Source of the DNA: Paraspadella gotoi
Lineage: Eukaryota; Animalia; Chaetognatha
Direction of reading: 5' to 3'
Assembly: GCA_051294375.1 (NCBI GenBank)
Contig: CM119267.1
Location: 22,507,486 to 22,571,485 of the forward strand
DNA: 64,000 nucleotides
Part shown: positions 1 through 12,062 of the stretch, piece by piece
How positions within the stretch are numbered: the stretch's first letter is position 1
Layout of the letters: each line of letters begins with the position of its first letter
The notes under the pieces: generated by a model
Seen by the model: only the letters and a program-made list of their open reading frames with translations
The model's database searches: none
Told to the model about the DNA's origin: nothing
Program-made: the position numbers and the translations under genes

Positions 1-479
1 TCGGGATGAACAGTTCGATTTGTAACACATTGCATTCAGATGGATGACGACATCAGCGTCTTGGACTGAATGGAAGTTCGAGGATCTCATTCTGAGCATT
101 ACTGGTGATAAGCTAGTGTAATTCCCCCCCGTCTCTTCCCCCCCCTTTTTCCCGAGTAGCAACGCGAGTATTTGGTAAGTAGGTCTCGAGCATAGCGAGC
201 CTGACGTAGCGCGAGGTTCTGAAGAGCGACGAAGGGTAAGCTCTTCCGTGGTGATGCCGATGAGCATGAATGGCGCTCGAAATGTCGAGGCCTTTCCGTC
301 CGTCGAGAAGGAGCAGGCGAAGTGAATGTATGCGTTTGAATTATCTGACACGAAGATTTTTTGGGGGATTCGTTCTTTAATTGATTAGTTTGACTTACGG
401 AAGGGGTTAATTATTTGGTTAAATCTGATTGTGTGAACGATTAGAAGAGGAGGAGAGACGATGATGGTGATGAGAGAGG

Positions 480-1658
480 AGATGAGAGAATGAAATTGTG
501 AGAGACCTGTGATAAGGAACCAAGGGACGGAACGGAGGTGAAAAGCTTCTAGGGGTAACGAGAAGGAAGGAAAAAAAAATTGCTAAGATTGGCTCAGGAA
601 AAGAGTAGAGAGAGAGAGAAGAGTGAGGACCGGAGAACAGAGAGATACGAGAGAGAGAGAGATGATGAGCTTTGAGGATCGACGCGAATGGAGGCAGAGT
701 AATATCGGGAGAATGAGATGAAGAGAGAGATAGAATTGACAGAGTGAGAGGAGCGGTCGGCCCAATTTTTCCCGAGACAGGTTTCAAAGGTTAAAAAAAA
801 AAAAAAAAGAGGTTTGGTTCGCCAAAAGTTTCGCGGCGGAAAAAGGCCCTACCAAAAAAAGCGGTTGGGCGTGGCTCTATGAGGAGCGGACGACCGGAAA
901 TTTGGTGGGACGGTGAAAAAAAAAAAAAAAAAAAGAGCAATTTTGGGAGAAAGAAAGTCGAAAAAACTTTGCCGATGAAAAATTGAAGGAAAATCAGGAG
1001 AAAAAAATAGAAAAATTAGAAAAAATAAATTAGAATTGATTTAATGAAAAAAGAAAAACAAGTCAATTCAAGTTGTTGCGACAAAGTGACTTTTTGATAT
1101 AAATGATATATGGGAGTAAATAAACAAGACTGTGAGAGAGTCTTGATTGAAAGCTTGCAGGGACCTGCCATGTCATTATCTTGTAAGAGTGATGGAGGCC
1201 TTAAACCACCAAAGCCTGTCCAAAGTCAGGGGCAAGATAGCTTATTTATTAAATGATTGGATAATTTTTATATTGGTTGTACCAATAGATAATCACGTGA
1301 CTATACAATTATGAAACATTGATGTTATTGGACCACATATTTGACATGGACAAGAAGCATCTTATGGTAAACCACTTATTTTTACCAAGTGTAAAACACA
1401 AAAAAATATAGTAACTCTCTCGTTACTAACGACGTTAGCTGCATGAAGGACAGACAGAGAAACCGAGCAAACGACCGATCGAAAAAAGACTAAGAGTGTT
1501 GCTCCGCGAGTACTCGCGGCGCGACTAAAAAACCTGTGTGAAAAAAATAGAAAAGATGGGTTTCTTTTTTTTTTTCGGTTCGATAAATTTTTTGGAGTCG
1601 CTTTCAGTCTCTTTCTCCTATATTGTGAAGAGACAAGGGACGAGGGAATAACTGAGAC
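480..1658 (+). repeat. Third partial copy of the segment at ~16875-17992 and ~34685-35794
   Basis: Shared landmarks in the same order (aagcttctaggggtaa; ttttcccgagacaggtttcaaagg; acaaagtgactttttgatataaatg; ccgcgagtactcgcgg; gggaataactgagaca), ending at the 25-N gap. Confidence 0.92.
1111..1286 (+). mobile_element. Short interspersed repeat family (~180-220 bp, non-coding), copy
   Basis: Core ...gagtaaataaacaagactgtgagagagtcttgattgaaagcttgcagggacctgc...ttgtaagagtgatggagg...ccaaagtcaggggcaagatagc... also at 17397-17587 and 35213-35405 (same locus, duplicated), and independently at 37224-37447 (-) and 39216-39402 (+). Confidence 0.8.
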
Positions 1659-1659
1659 A

Positions 1660-1684
1660 NNNNNNNNNNNNNNNNNNNNNNNNN
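1660..1684. other. 25-N assembly gap (others of 25 N: 19506-19530, 40172-40196, 47913-47937, 60798-60822; longer gaps 38498-38621, 39674-39857)
   Basis: Counted directly from the sequence. Confidence 0.98.
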
Positions 1685-3095
1685 AAAGAGAGAAAGATAA
1701 GTGCGAGGGGGGCCGTCGTGGAGCCGATTGTAAGTCATGCCTTCAAGAGTGGAGGAACTGGGGAACCGACTCTCATCAGATCGGAGATTCCATCGATGGA
1801 AACCAAGAAAATTGGACTGCGAAGCGCGCGAGCGTTTCGGCGCGGACGGCGCCGTGGTGGCCTTCGACGCCATCAGGCCCCTTCGGACGGCTCTTTTCGA
1901 TCTCGCATCAAAGAGTATCGGATCCGCAGAGAAGCGAGGGTCACCGACGGACGAGCCCATCGAAGAAAACGAGGTCATCTTAGAGGTGAGGTCCTAACAA
2001 ATACGGGCCGCGGACAGGTGAACAAGTGGTCGTTTCACGTGCGAGGGCTTCAGCGAGAAGAGTTTGGCAACATTTGGGACAAGAGTGAACGACGTCCGGT
2101 CACGGATCCTTGTTGGGTGGAGGGTTTCTGTCGAAGGTTCGCCCATGAACCGTTGGTGGAGTCGACGGGACAGTTCGCACGGGACGGCACACCTTTAGAT
2201 TTATTCTTTTCAAGTTTTCTGGAGGAGAGAATCCGATGCCCGGCCTGTTTGAGTCCGCGGGCATTTCTTAGGCGATCTTAACGTGGAATAATGCCTCTGT
2301 TGACGACTCTTGAAGACGCAACGTCGCAGTAACTGACACGGATAATCGCGTGGTTCCGCGGACGTAGGCATTATGACGTACGCCGCTCGGGCGGATGTCG
2401 AGGTGCCCGGGCCGGATCGCGGGCGAAACTGCGGAAGCGTTTTCTGGAGTGCATCGACGGCGAAGGAATTTTCGATTTCTTCACCGCCAATGGCATCGTC
2501 GGTCCTCCTCCGTTGGAGAAGATTCCGCCGTCCATGCGGGCGAGACGGTCGTCAGGAAGAGACATCGGTTAAGTCGTAAAGTTCTGAGAAGGTCAGGAAA
2601 AAATAAGGGGAAAAAATCGGGTAACTTTTGACCTGAAAAAACTTTGGTAATCTTAAATAATCAATTTAATGTTCACATCGCGTGATTTAGCAAAAAAATT
2701 AAAATGTACGCAGATTCATCGGTAAACGAAAATGACCAAACTTTTGCCGCGTCATCTACTTTCCTTCTCTTCCACCTCCAAAAACATCCTTACCTTTACG
2801 ATGGCTCCGAGACGAAAATCGACTCGGACGACAGCGTCCCTCGTAATTCGATTTGCAATGGCGACAAAATTCAAAACAACATCGTAGATGAAAGAATTGG
2901 AACGCGGTGACTGCGATGGACAATCGCAGCGCGCGGCACCAGCTCAAGAAAAAAGAACAGGATACGACGGAGGCAGACATTAGGAAGGAGGCGATTGAGA
3001 CTCGCGTCTTAAACTGTCGTCGTCTTACGATTCCCGCTCTCTTATGTTCCGCCTCCTTCTTTATTCTTTGTAGTCCAACGAAATTGAGAAATTAA
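1685..3095 (+). CDS. Putative frameshifted coding region with a CARD/death-fold-like segment (~2423-2800), copy 1
   Basis: GC-rich coding-like block. Stitched peptide AKLRKRFLECIDGEGIFDFFTANGIV..LEKI..ETVVRKRHRL..KVLRR, then an AT-rich intron-like stretch ending cgcAG at 2712, then ..STFLLFHLQKHPYLYD. The pattern resembles CARD helices by eye only. Confidence 0.3.
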
Positions 3096-6033
3096 CCCGT
3101 CAAAAAACGTCGCGAGGGCGAACGCGAGAGGCGCCTTCGTCTGGAGTCGGGGAAGACCACACGGAGGCGGACAAACAGAACAAAAGCTCGTCATGTTCTA
3201 ATAGTAATATTAATTAAGCTATTAACTAAGTAATAATAATGTATTACTATTATTAGTAATGCAATAAACGTTTATTAAATTTTTTAAAACAATTCACTCA
3301 AACAACAAATCATATCAAAATTAATTACTAAATGGCTAACTACGTTTTTATTTTATTTAAATCTTTTTAATTTATTATTATTTATTAAACAATTAACAAT
3401 TAATTATTTTCTTGGCAGAAAAATTAACAATTTAAAATTTTTTTTAAAATTTTTTTATAAAGAATATAGAATTAATTTTATAATTGGGTAACACCAATAT
3501 AAAAATTATTAAATGATTAAATAAACATGATTAAAATTTGAAGTTAACTCCATCAAGAATTTAAAAAAAAATTTGGGCTTGACTTAGTCTTAGTTAATTT
3601 TTTTGGCGTTCATTTTCCTTTTTTCACTTTTTTAGCTTTGATAATACATATTAACTTAATAGACCTTAAACCCAAGGTAAGCGTCCGCTTACGTAGCATA
3701 ATGCTATTGACATTCGGAATAGCCGGCCAAAGAAACAGATTTTTTGGTCAATGTTCGAATAATGCCTCGAGATTAAACGATTATGCGAAAGCTACGTTTC
3801 GCTAAAAATAGATAATCCGACGAAACGTGACATATAATCCAGATTTCTCTGCGTCATGCGTTTTTCATTTCACTACGATAATAACAACTCCTAATACCGG
3901 CACGAAGGCGATCGATGTAGTTCCTACTTACCGCGTACATGGTTTTGGACGAGTTTTAGTTTCCTAGTTTTAGGGTTTAGAGAGCATTAGCTGGATCAAA
4001 CTTGATGTGATTTGAAGAATTCAATTCTTTCGTTTATGACGCTTCAGAAAGTCGCCATTTTAAATGGGGTTTTTTTTCCGAGTAACAATTTGCGTCAAGA
4101 GTTGTAATTTAAACGACTTTATTTTATGTCAGACTCATAATCATAAAAAATTCAAGAAAACCGCGAAATAGCGACCTTTTTATTTCTATCACAACAACAA
4201 CCACCAACGAGAGCTAAGCCCGTTTCGAATTCCTCGCCAAGGCGCCCTTCGGTGACGTCGGCTTGGCGCGAAGAAATGAACAGTCGGTTGGCTCAAAAAC
4301 GTGACAAACGACGTGTCATTGTTTGTGTCATGTCACCCGGGAGTATGGCGTGGACGCCCACTACTTTTTCCTCGGCGGAGAAAAAGGGCGAGAAGAATCG
4401 AGGCAAAGCGAAAAGAGAAAGAAAAAGAAAAAAGAAAGGGAGGAGAGGAAGAAAAAAAAGAAAGAAAGAGGACGAACCGCTTGAATTCGAAACGAGTTGC
4501 CAAGAATGCGCCGTGGGCTGCAAAAGAAAATAAAAGGAGAGATGTCTCTTCTCGCCAAAGGAAGAGGGAGGAATGAGCGGGGTGCGGGGCGAAGGAGTGA
4601 GGGAGAAAGGGTCGAATGTTTAAAGACAAGAATCAAATTTTTTTTCACTCCGCGGCGAGAATAGAAATGGCAACACTCATTCTCAGGCGCCGCGCGCGTT
4701 GGCGAGGAGTAAGCTCAACGGGGTAGGGGGAATATTGTCTCTGCGCGGCGTTGGTGAGTTTTTATAATGACTGATGGGAAATAGTGATAGAATTATGAAC
4801 TTATGCTGTTTTCGGCTTAATTTTCAGACGGATATTTTAAACACTTTTAGCTAGCTAATATAGCTCATATAAACTTACTCTCAGTCCTCAACGACGAATT
4901 TTTTTTTGCCCCCGACTCATTACTTTATCACAAAATAAGAAAGAAGAAATATTGAATTATACAGGGGTCTCTTAAAATCTAGGAACCAAAGAGAGAACAA
5001 AACAATTTTGTAGTTTGCATGCAGGATTCCGGCTCTCTTGGATTCTGAATAATCGAATACAACAGATTTGTTCTATCAAAACAAGGTTAGTTATGCGATA
5101 GTATCATTTCGATTAGAATCAGAAATCTCTAAAAAACAAGAAGAAGGTAAAAGGCCCCCCCATAACTTTTTAGAGTTCAATTAATAAGTTATTATCTCGG
5201 GACGAAGAAGATTTGTTACACCTAATTTTTGGTTTGACGGGTTTTTCATCCTTTATCTTTTCTTTGTTGGCAATTAAATTAATATAATTTCACGGTTTTG
5301 TAAATCTCGTAATTTTGTAATGTTCACCAAATCACCTTGATTAAGTGTTTAAAAAATTGTCGCGGGACAGTTATTATTCCGATATCCTGAGTAATAAAAG
5401 TTAACAAGAATGCAAAGTAAGTTAATATTAAAATAAGGAGGCATTCGGAAGGCTGCTCTGGCAGAGACATCAGTATTCAGTGAAGTAAACGCAAATAATA
5501 ACCGTTAGCGGTGGTGAGTTTAAAACAAAAAACAAAAACATAAAAAACCGACTTTAAAATCATTCACAATTCATCTCTGCTTTTTCTTCTTTTTGATTAT
5601 GAAAATCTGATGACATGCAGAACAAAAAGTGCTGCACTTAAACGGCTTTTAGATGTTTAAGAACGAATTTTGTTCCAAAGTAAAAAAAAAAAAACGGCTT
5701 AGGTTCAATTTTTTTTTCTCATCTCCCCGAAAATTGATTTTCGTTTCGCCTCAACAGATTTTCCTTCCAAATCACAGCACCAAAAGTTCCTAAACTTAGC
5801 AAACGAAATTCCATCCCAGTTTGCTTGACTAACGCGTTTTTTTTTCCCCCTTTTTTTCCTTTTTTTTCCCTTTTGTTTCCTTTTTTCAACACTTTTCGAA
5901 CCATTTTAAAAGTCTCTCCTTTTCCCCGCCTTCCCCCACATTGCCCATACCAATTCCATTCGCCCTTCTCTTTCCTAGATATTTTAAACCCCTCCCCCGT
6001 CCCCCCCCATAAAAAAAAAAAAAAAAAAGGATT

Positions 6034-7109
6034 TTAGCCAAGGAAAATAGTTTGGGAGAGGAAGAGGAAATTTCCATTTTCCGTTGAGGATCGAATCTCG
6101 TCCCACGTGCTGTAGGCCGCCGCCGCCGACACGCTCCGCCGCCGCCGCTCCGCGCCCCTTTCCTCGTCAGAGGACGACGGCGTCAACCGGGCCGTTGGCG
6201 ATAACGAGTTGTCCCCGCTCGTTAAGCACCAGATTAACAAGTTTTTTCCGCCGCCCGCAGGAGGCGGAATCGCATTCTCCGTCCGGGCAATTACATTCCG
6301 GTTCCCTGACGGTGAGAATCAACCAAGTCGCTTTTCCGGATGTGAGAGAAGGTAGCGGCGGCGCGCGGGTCGTCAACGCCCTCCCTTTGTCCGCTCGGCG
6401 CCGTCGTGTCGTGGCGGCGGCGTCGGCGCGGCGGCTCTCATCGGTTTCCCGATCCCTCGAACGGGCGGCGGGAAGCGCGGCGGTGGCGGGCGGCTGAAGC
6501 CGAAATGACGGATTTTTCCGTTTCGAAAGGCGATTTCAGCGGAACTTTTTGTGCTTCTTTTTTCCGTGGCGCGAGCGTCATTTTTTTCGTGCGATCCTCG
6601 TTTCCGGCAATGAGGAGGAGGAGGGAGGTGGAAAGGCGGCGGAGACGACTGGGGCGTTAATAGATTGCGCTTTTGTTATGGTCGTCGTCGTTGTCGTCGA
6701 AGGCGCGAGGCAACGAGTCTTTCGTCCTTTTTTCGCGCGAGACACGGTTGGCGTCGTCAATGAGACCGCTTCCGCGGCCCGTCTTTTCCATTCATTCCCC
6801 CCTCTCGCTCGTTTTTCCTTTCTTTTCCTCCATTTTTGTCTCCCGCGCGCAGACCTGAGACCGGCGTTGCGGCGGTCCGGAAGCGGCGTCGGCGGCGTCA
6901 GTTCCATCGAGTTCCTCGTCGGGAGGGGGGGCCCAGTTCCTCCTTCGATCCGAAATCCCGGAATTTCTCTGATTTTCGTCGGCGGAGGAGATTTTCCTGA
7001 ACGAAGGAGTTGTTGGATGGAGTGTTGGAAGCGACTGAGTGGAGCGAAAGGTTGGAGCGAAGAGGGGTTGGAGGGTTGGAGCGGACGGAAGTTTCCGAAG
7101 AGGCTATCC
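6034..7109 (-). CDS. Putative downstream exon (low-complexity Pro/Thr/Ser/Arg), probably the last exon of the FERM gene, copy 1
   Basis: Strong minus-strand acceptor ttttaaaaccttctccttcAG|g at 7110-7112, following a microsatellite-rich intron-like block (~7112-7690). GC-rich ORFs 6578-7171, 6167-6376 and 6034-6240. Confidence 0.45.
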
Positions 7110-7387
7110 CTGAAGGAGAAGGTTTTAAAAAAAAAATGACTTTGAGGCTCAAAATGGGGTTTTTTTTTCAAATCGTGTGGGTGTTTAGGTGTTCAAACCT
7201 GTTCACAGTTCCGTGTTCACTGTTCAGGTCAATCGTTGCAGGATCTAAATTGTCTTTTTTTTTCCTTTTCCCTAATCAAGAAATCCTATCTGTTTCTTTC
7301 TTTTTATTGCTTTCTGTGTTTTCTTGTTTTCTGATATCTTTTCTAACTCCTTTTTATCTTTTTTTTGCCTTTTTGTTTGATTTCCTT

Positions 7388-7440
<53 letters not shown>

Positions 7441-7700
7441 CTCTCTTCTCTCTCTCTTCTTTCTCTCTCCCTATCTTTATTTTCTTGTTTTCCCTTGTTT
7501 TATGTTTTTTTTTTTCAAGATCCTTTTTATCTGTTTTCCTTTTTGGTTTCCTCTCTTCTCTCCCTCTTCTCGTTCTCTCTCTCTCTCCTCTCGTCTCTCC
7601 TTCTCTCTCTCTCTCTCCTGCTCCTCTCTCTCTACTCTCGAAAGTGGTGGGAGGTGGGGCTCATCCTCTATTCTTTCCTTTCGTTCAAGGCCCGCGTCTT

Positions 7701-10700
7701 TCACTCCCGACGAAAGAATAAAAAAGTCAAATCGTATTCTCGCCCAGGATTCGGTCGTCCGGCGAATTTCCAGCTTTCGGCGGTTTCGGCGGAATCAGCG
7801 GTGGAGAGGCGGGATGGGCAACTAGTGCGGCGGACGGATGGCGATGGCGAACTGGCGGGCCCGAAGCGGTCGTTTCCGGATGAATAACTCCGACGCCAAG
7901 ATTCGTCGTCCGTTGTTATTGTTATGGTGAATTGTTTGGTGTGGTTATTGTTGTACATACTATTCACGTGATCAAGCGAACTGAATGTGGGTCTTTATTT
8001 TTCGTTTCAGCCTTCGGCGGCGCCGCTGCCGCCGCTGCCGGCCGCCCCGCGCCTCCACGTGCAGTTTGCTCATCAATTCTTTCCTGCATGACTTCCTTCA
8101 TTTCCAAGTTTTTCGACAGAGAAATCGTTCCCGGCAGCCGCTCCAGAGCTTTCGGTGGCGCTGCGTCGCCTGCGCGTCTCCGCGCGGCCGGCGCGGCGTT
8201 GGATTCGCTTGTTCGCGTCCTTGGACGACGCGACGGCCGTTGATCGGGCGGCCATAAACGCGTCGAGACGTTGAGCGCGAGAGGCGTTTTCAATAATTGA
8301 TTTCCGCGCCGCTGCCGCCGCTGCAAGCGCTGTAAAACGAAGCGGCGGCGCCGGCGGTCCCGGTGCGAATGGAAAATAGTCGTGTTTTGGTTGTTCGTTT
8401 TCCCTGAAGGCTTCGCGAGATTTGCGGTTGAATTCCGTGATTCTCGTTGGCGAACATAGTTCCCTGTAACTTTGACGTAAGCCTCCTCCTCCTCCATCCG
8501 CGCTCGTTCGTGGCCGATTTCCGGCCTGCCGGTGCCCGAGAGAGCGTCGCAGAAAATTCTCGGCACCGATTTTCGGCCAACCGGGATCACTCGGTCGCGC
8601 GAGCGCGCCATCGTGGCGGGTCCGGCATAGAATGGCTTTCTGCCGTGTCGTCATTAGTAAATTATGGCAAATGTGCATCGGCGGCTGAAAGTAACGCGGC
8701 GGCGCTGCCGTTAAATAAGAACCCGTCCCGCCGAAAGCCGGCGCTGTCGAAGGCGATCGCATAACGCCGCCGTCGGGCAATTCTCGCGTGGCGAAAGTTG
8801 ACGCGACTTTCGTCCTGCGAAGAACACTGCAGTCAGGCGACGCGGACGGGAACTCTTGGGGATCGCCGCCACGGGCCGGAGGACGAGCCAGAGCCTGTTG
8901 TTGGAGAAGAGGCCTCGTCCTTCGCCCCAACCGCCGCCCGAGTTAAAGAACGAGAAGCACGTGCAAGCCGCCGCCGACAACGGCGCAGCGAGGGTCAGCG
9001 GCGAATCTTCGTCCGACGACCGGTTAGACTTGCTCTTGTTGCTGGTCAGGCCCGGCTCGCCCTCGACGAGCCTCGATCGCGGCCGTCGAAGAACGCCCTT
9101 CGTCGAAAGACTGAAGATCGAGAGGAAAACTCCGCGATTCTGTGCAGCTCGAAGAAAGTCCGCCGATTCGTTCGCGGACAGAAAGGCGGAAGACAGGGGG
9201 CGCGGTCGCCGCTGCTGTCCGGCAGCCGCCGCCGCCTCCGGCCGGTCGACGGACGACGTCGGCCGGCGAGGAATGAAGCGGGCGGAGGCGGAGTGCGGCC
9301 GTCGGTCCTCGTCGGCACAGCACCGCGGTCGAGGATTTCACAAGTCGCGCAAAGATCACAGATTTCGTGAGGCGAAAATGGCGTGGCAACAGGCGGCGCG
9401 CCGTCGAGTGGGCGGTGACGATGGCGGCTTCGAACTTTCCCTCAACGAACTGAAACGGAGGCGCGGGGTGAGAAGTCGCGAGGGAGACGAACTGTCCCGT
9501 GAATTGGGCCTGTGAGGATTTGTGCTGGCGTTGTTGCTGTTGCAAGAACACATGGATTTTGATCGGACCCGCAAGTTCGTCGTCAATTGATTCTCGTTGT
9601 AAAGGAAAAAACGGAGGTCAGTGATTTAGGAACGTCCGTCTTGGTTCGCCGCTCGCGTTTGCGCGTGGGCGGAGGAAAGTTCGTTTCGCAGAATTCGCCA
9701 TGGTGCGTTTCAATTGGCGGTCGTAATCGTTGCCAAATTGAGGAGGAGGGCAATGAGCCGATCCGCCCTTCGGTCCATTGATAGTAATAGTTTTTGTTGA
9801 TTGACAAATGATCCCAATTCGAATCGGCAATCCGTGTTGGGAAATCCCGCTACGAATCACGTAGGGATAAGATCTGCGTTTGTTCTCTCCCGTCCAAATA
9901 AAACTCGGATCCTCCAATTGCGAAAAGTGATTCTGATGCAATTTCTCCAGATTGCAGATGAAAGCCGGAGAATTGGACTTAATCTTGCCGTTCTCTCTGT
10001 TTTTGTCGGACGCGAGGAGGAATCGTCGGGCCGCCCGTCGTCGTCGGCATTCGTCGAGCTGGTAGCAGCTTCCGCACCGGGCTGGCCCGCCTTCGGTGAC
10101 CTTGTAGGATTCCGTGAGAGACGTCGACGGCGCCGGCGTCGTCGTCCGGTTCCGACTCGGATCTAGTTGTTCTCTTCGGCGAAGAGTTGCTGTTCCGCGA
10201 GGCGGCGAAAAGTCGGCGCCGCCGACGAAATCTCCACCACCACCACGTCGCTCCGTCGGCGCCGCGACGGCTGGCTCTTCTGCCGCAACCTCCCGCGGCC
10301 TCCATCGCCACCCGGCGGCCGCATCGACGGCGGCGGCACGATGCGCCAGAAGCCTCCAGCTCGGCGATGGGCGAACTCTTGCGTTGGTGAAGGCGGAAGA
10401 GGGAAGAGTGTCGCTGCTCTGCTGAGAGCGTCGGCGACGTAGGCGCTGCGATCGGCCACGTGATATCGTCCGATTCCCTTCTTCAAACTGTTGCTCCCTT
10501 CGATCCGATTGCTTCTTGCCCGCCTCACTGTCTCCCGGGTCTTGCCACGATCCCTCGTGCGCCCTTAGTACGTTGTGCGAAGTCATCAGAATTCCTGCGT
10601 CTTTTGAAATCTTGTCTTTCGAACCGCTCGCCGAGCGAAGGATCGCGTCCAAAGCCACTGGAGTCCGCGACTCCGTTGGTGTCACCATTTCGAAACGTCC

Positions 10701-10899
10701 GTTTTCGACGCCCATTTTCTACGCCGCTCGCCGCGTTGAACGTTTTCCATTTCCGGCGCCGTCCAATTCTCCAAGGTCAGGATCTTCAGGCTCGGACGTA
10801 CGGGAAAATCTCCGCTTCTCGATTCGCTCTAAATCGTCCGGCGATCGGAGGATGAGAGATTCCGGTCGAGAAACTCGATCTTTCGAAGGCGTTTCGAAT
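7701..10899 (-). CDS. Probable long low-complexity (Ser/Arg/Ala/Pro-rich) continuation of the FERM gene, copy 1
   Basis: Uninterrupted GC/CpG-rich, coding-like composition contiguous with the FA domain. Overlapping minus-strand ORFs (9618-10715, 9024-9551, 8073-8930, 7964-8611, 7701-7967) and no AT-rich or microsatellite intron in between. No recognisable domain. Confidence 0.55.
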
Positions 10900-12062
10900 C
10901 GGTTGTGATGTCGACGAACGTATTCGCATCATTCCCTTCCTGCGTTCGACCGCGAATAACGAAAACGAGTTTCCGCGGGCGAAGAAAAAACTTTTTTGTG
11001 TTTTGGCCGCGACGCGCCCTCGTCCGGCCCGAGAGACAACGGAAGAAGGCGTGGTCTCGATGCAGTTTTTTCCAAAAGGCTTTGCACCTGTTCGCGATTT
11101 CGAAAAGAAGAAACTCGACCGTCTCCTGTGATAGCGCAGTCGTCCGCGGTGAGCTTGATGAGGAAGCGCTTCCGCTTGAAAGGAGAGCTTCCGCAGTTTG
11201 GCCCAGCAGAAGGTGATGATCTGGCTTCGTGGTTGTTAGATCGAGAATGCCGAGTGAGCGATGGCCTTTGAACGCGGCGACTCCCTTTGACCTCTTTGGA
11301 CGGGTATGCCTGGCAAGATATTCCTTGGTGCGGGCGTCGTGCCAATTCGCACGACCGCCGTAGAGGTGGGCGATCCTGCGCAGCGATGTCGAGGAGATGA
11401 AAGTCGGCGGCGGCGCGGCGGTTGGCCGGCGTGAATTCCGATGATAGTCCATCACCTTCTTCTTCGAACTCACCGACTGTTTGGCGTGAGAGCGAAGGTG
11501 AGAGGTAAGCTGTGGTCCTGATAATGTTCCGCGGCGAAGTCGCCGATCTCCGCCTGCACCACAACGAGGCGAAGAAGGGCGCCGGTGTTATCGTTGCAAG
11601 GCCAGCCCGACCCTCGGCCAGATCGCGCTTGATCTGCAGGGCGAACAGGTAACGCGTGTCTCTTCCTCCAGCTGAGCCGGGTCAGGCGTGTAGAAATTTA
11701 CGGAGAAGCGGAAAAGGGAAGAGGTTTCAAAGCCGCCGCCCCGGTCGAGCAACGGCGTCTGTTTGAAGAATGGGCCTTGTCCCGTCCAGCCAGCGTTCGG
11801 GCCGCGCTTTCGTCCAGAAACTCCAGCCCGAAATAGTCGTACTCGAGCAGGTTGAGGTGGCGGACGACTTGGGCGAAAAGGTCTTGCCCGACGCCTTGAC
11901 GGGCACCTGGAAGGTGGTGCTTCGGTCGTCGAAGCAGCGCCACGCGAAACACGTGAGGAAATTTCTCGCGGCGGACGCGCGTCGCTGGCGGCGTTTGATT
12001 GCGAACGGAGAAGGACTGGGTGATGGAAGGGAGGGCGCGCCGGACGGGGGCGTGGAATGCAT
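10900..12062 (-). CDS. FARP: FERM + FERM-adjacent (FA) domain region of a FARP/Cdep/FRMD7-family protein, copy 1 (frameshifted, most likely by sequencing indels)
   Basis: ATG at 12062 (aaccATG). Stitching frames gives [148 protein letters not shown].RTQ. These match hallmark FARP1/2/Cdep motifs ([31 protein letters not shown], HAFFR). Exact orthologue not determinable. Confidence 0.92.

Noticed and set aside
1220-1240. Helitron/Pif1 helicase motif (KSQGQ-like) in the short repeat
   Set aside because: It reads QSQGQD with no surrounding ORF or other helicase motifs.
3955-3980. Interstitial telomeric repeats (also ~53145)
   Set aside because: Only one or two degenerate TTAGGG-like units.
7010-7825. 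Long Leu/Ser/Phe-rich or Arg/Glu-rich ORFs (here and at 12125-13151, 37527-38069, 43925-44894, 48919-49747, etc.)
   Set aside because: They are translations of CT/AG microsatellites and polypyrimidine tracts, which lack stop codons by composition.
10900-12062. Calling the FERM gene a pseudogene
   Set aside because: Frameshifts fall mostly in homopolymers and indels are pervasive across the window, so sequencing error is a sufficient explanation.
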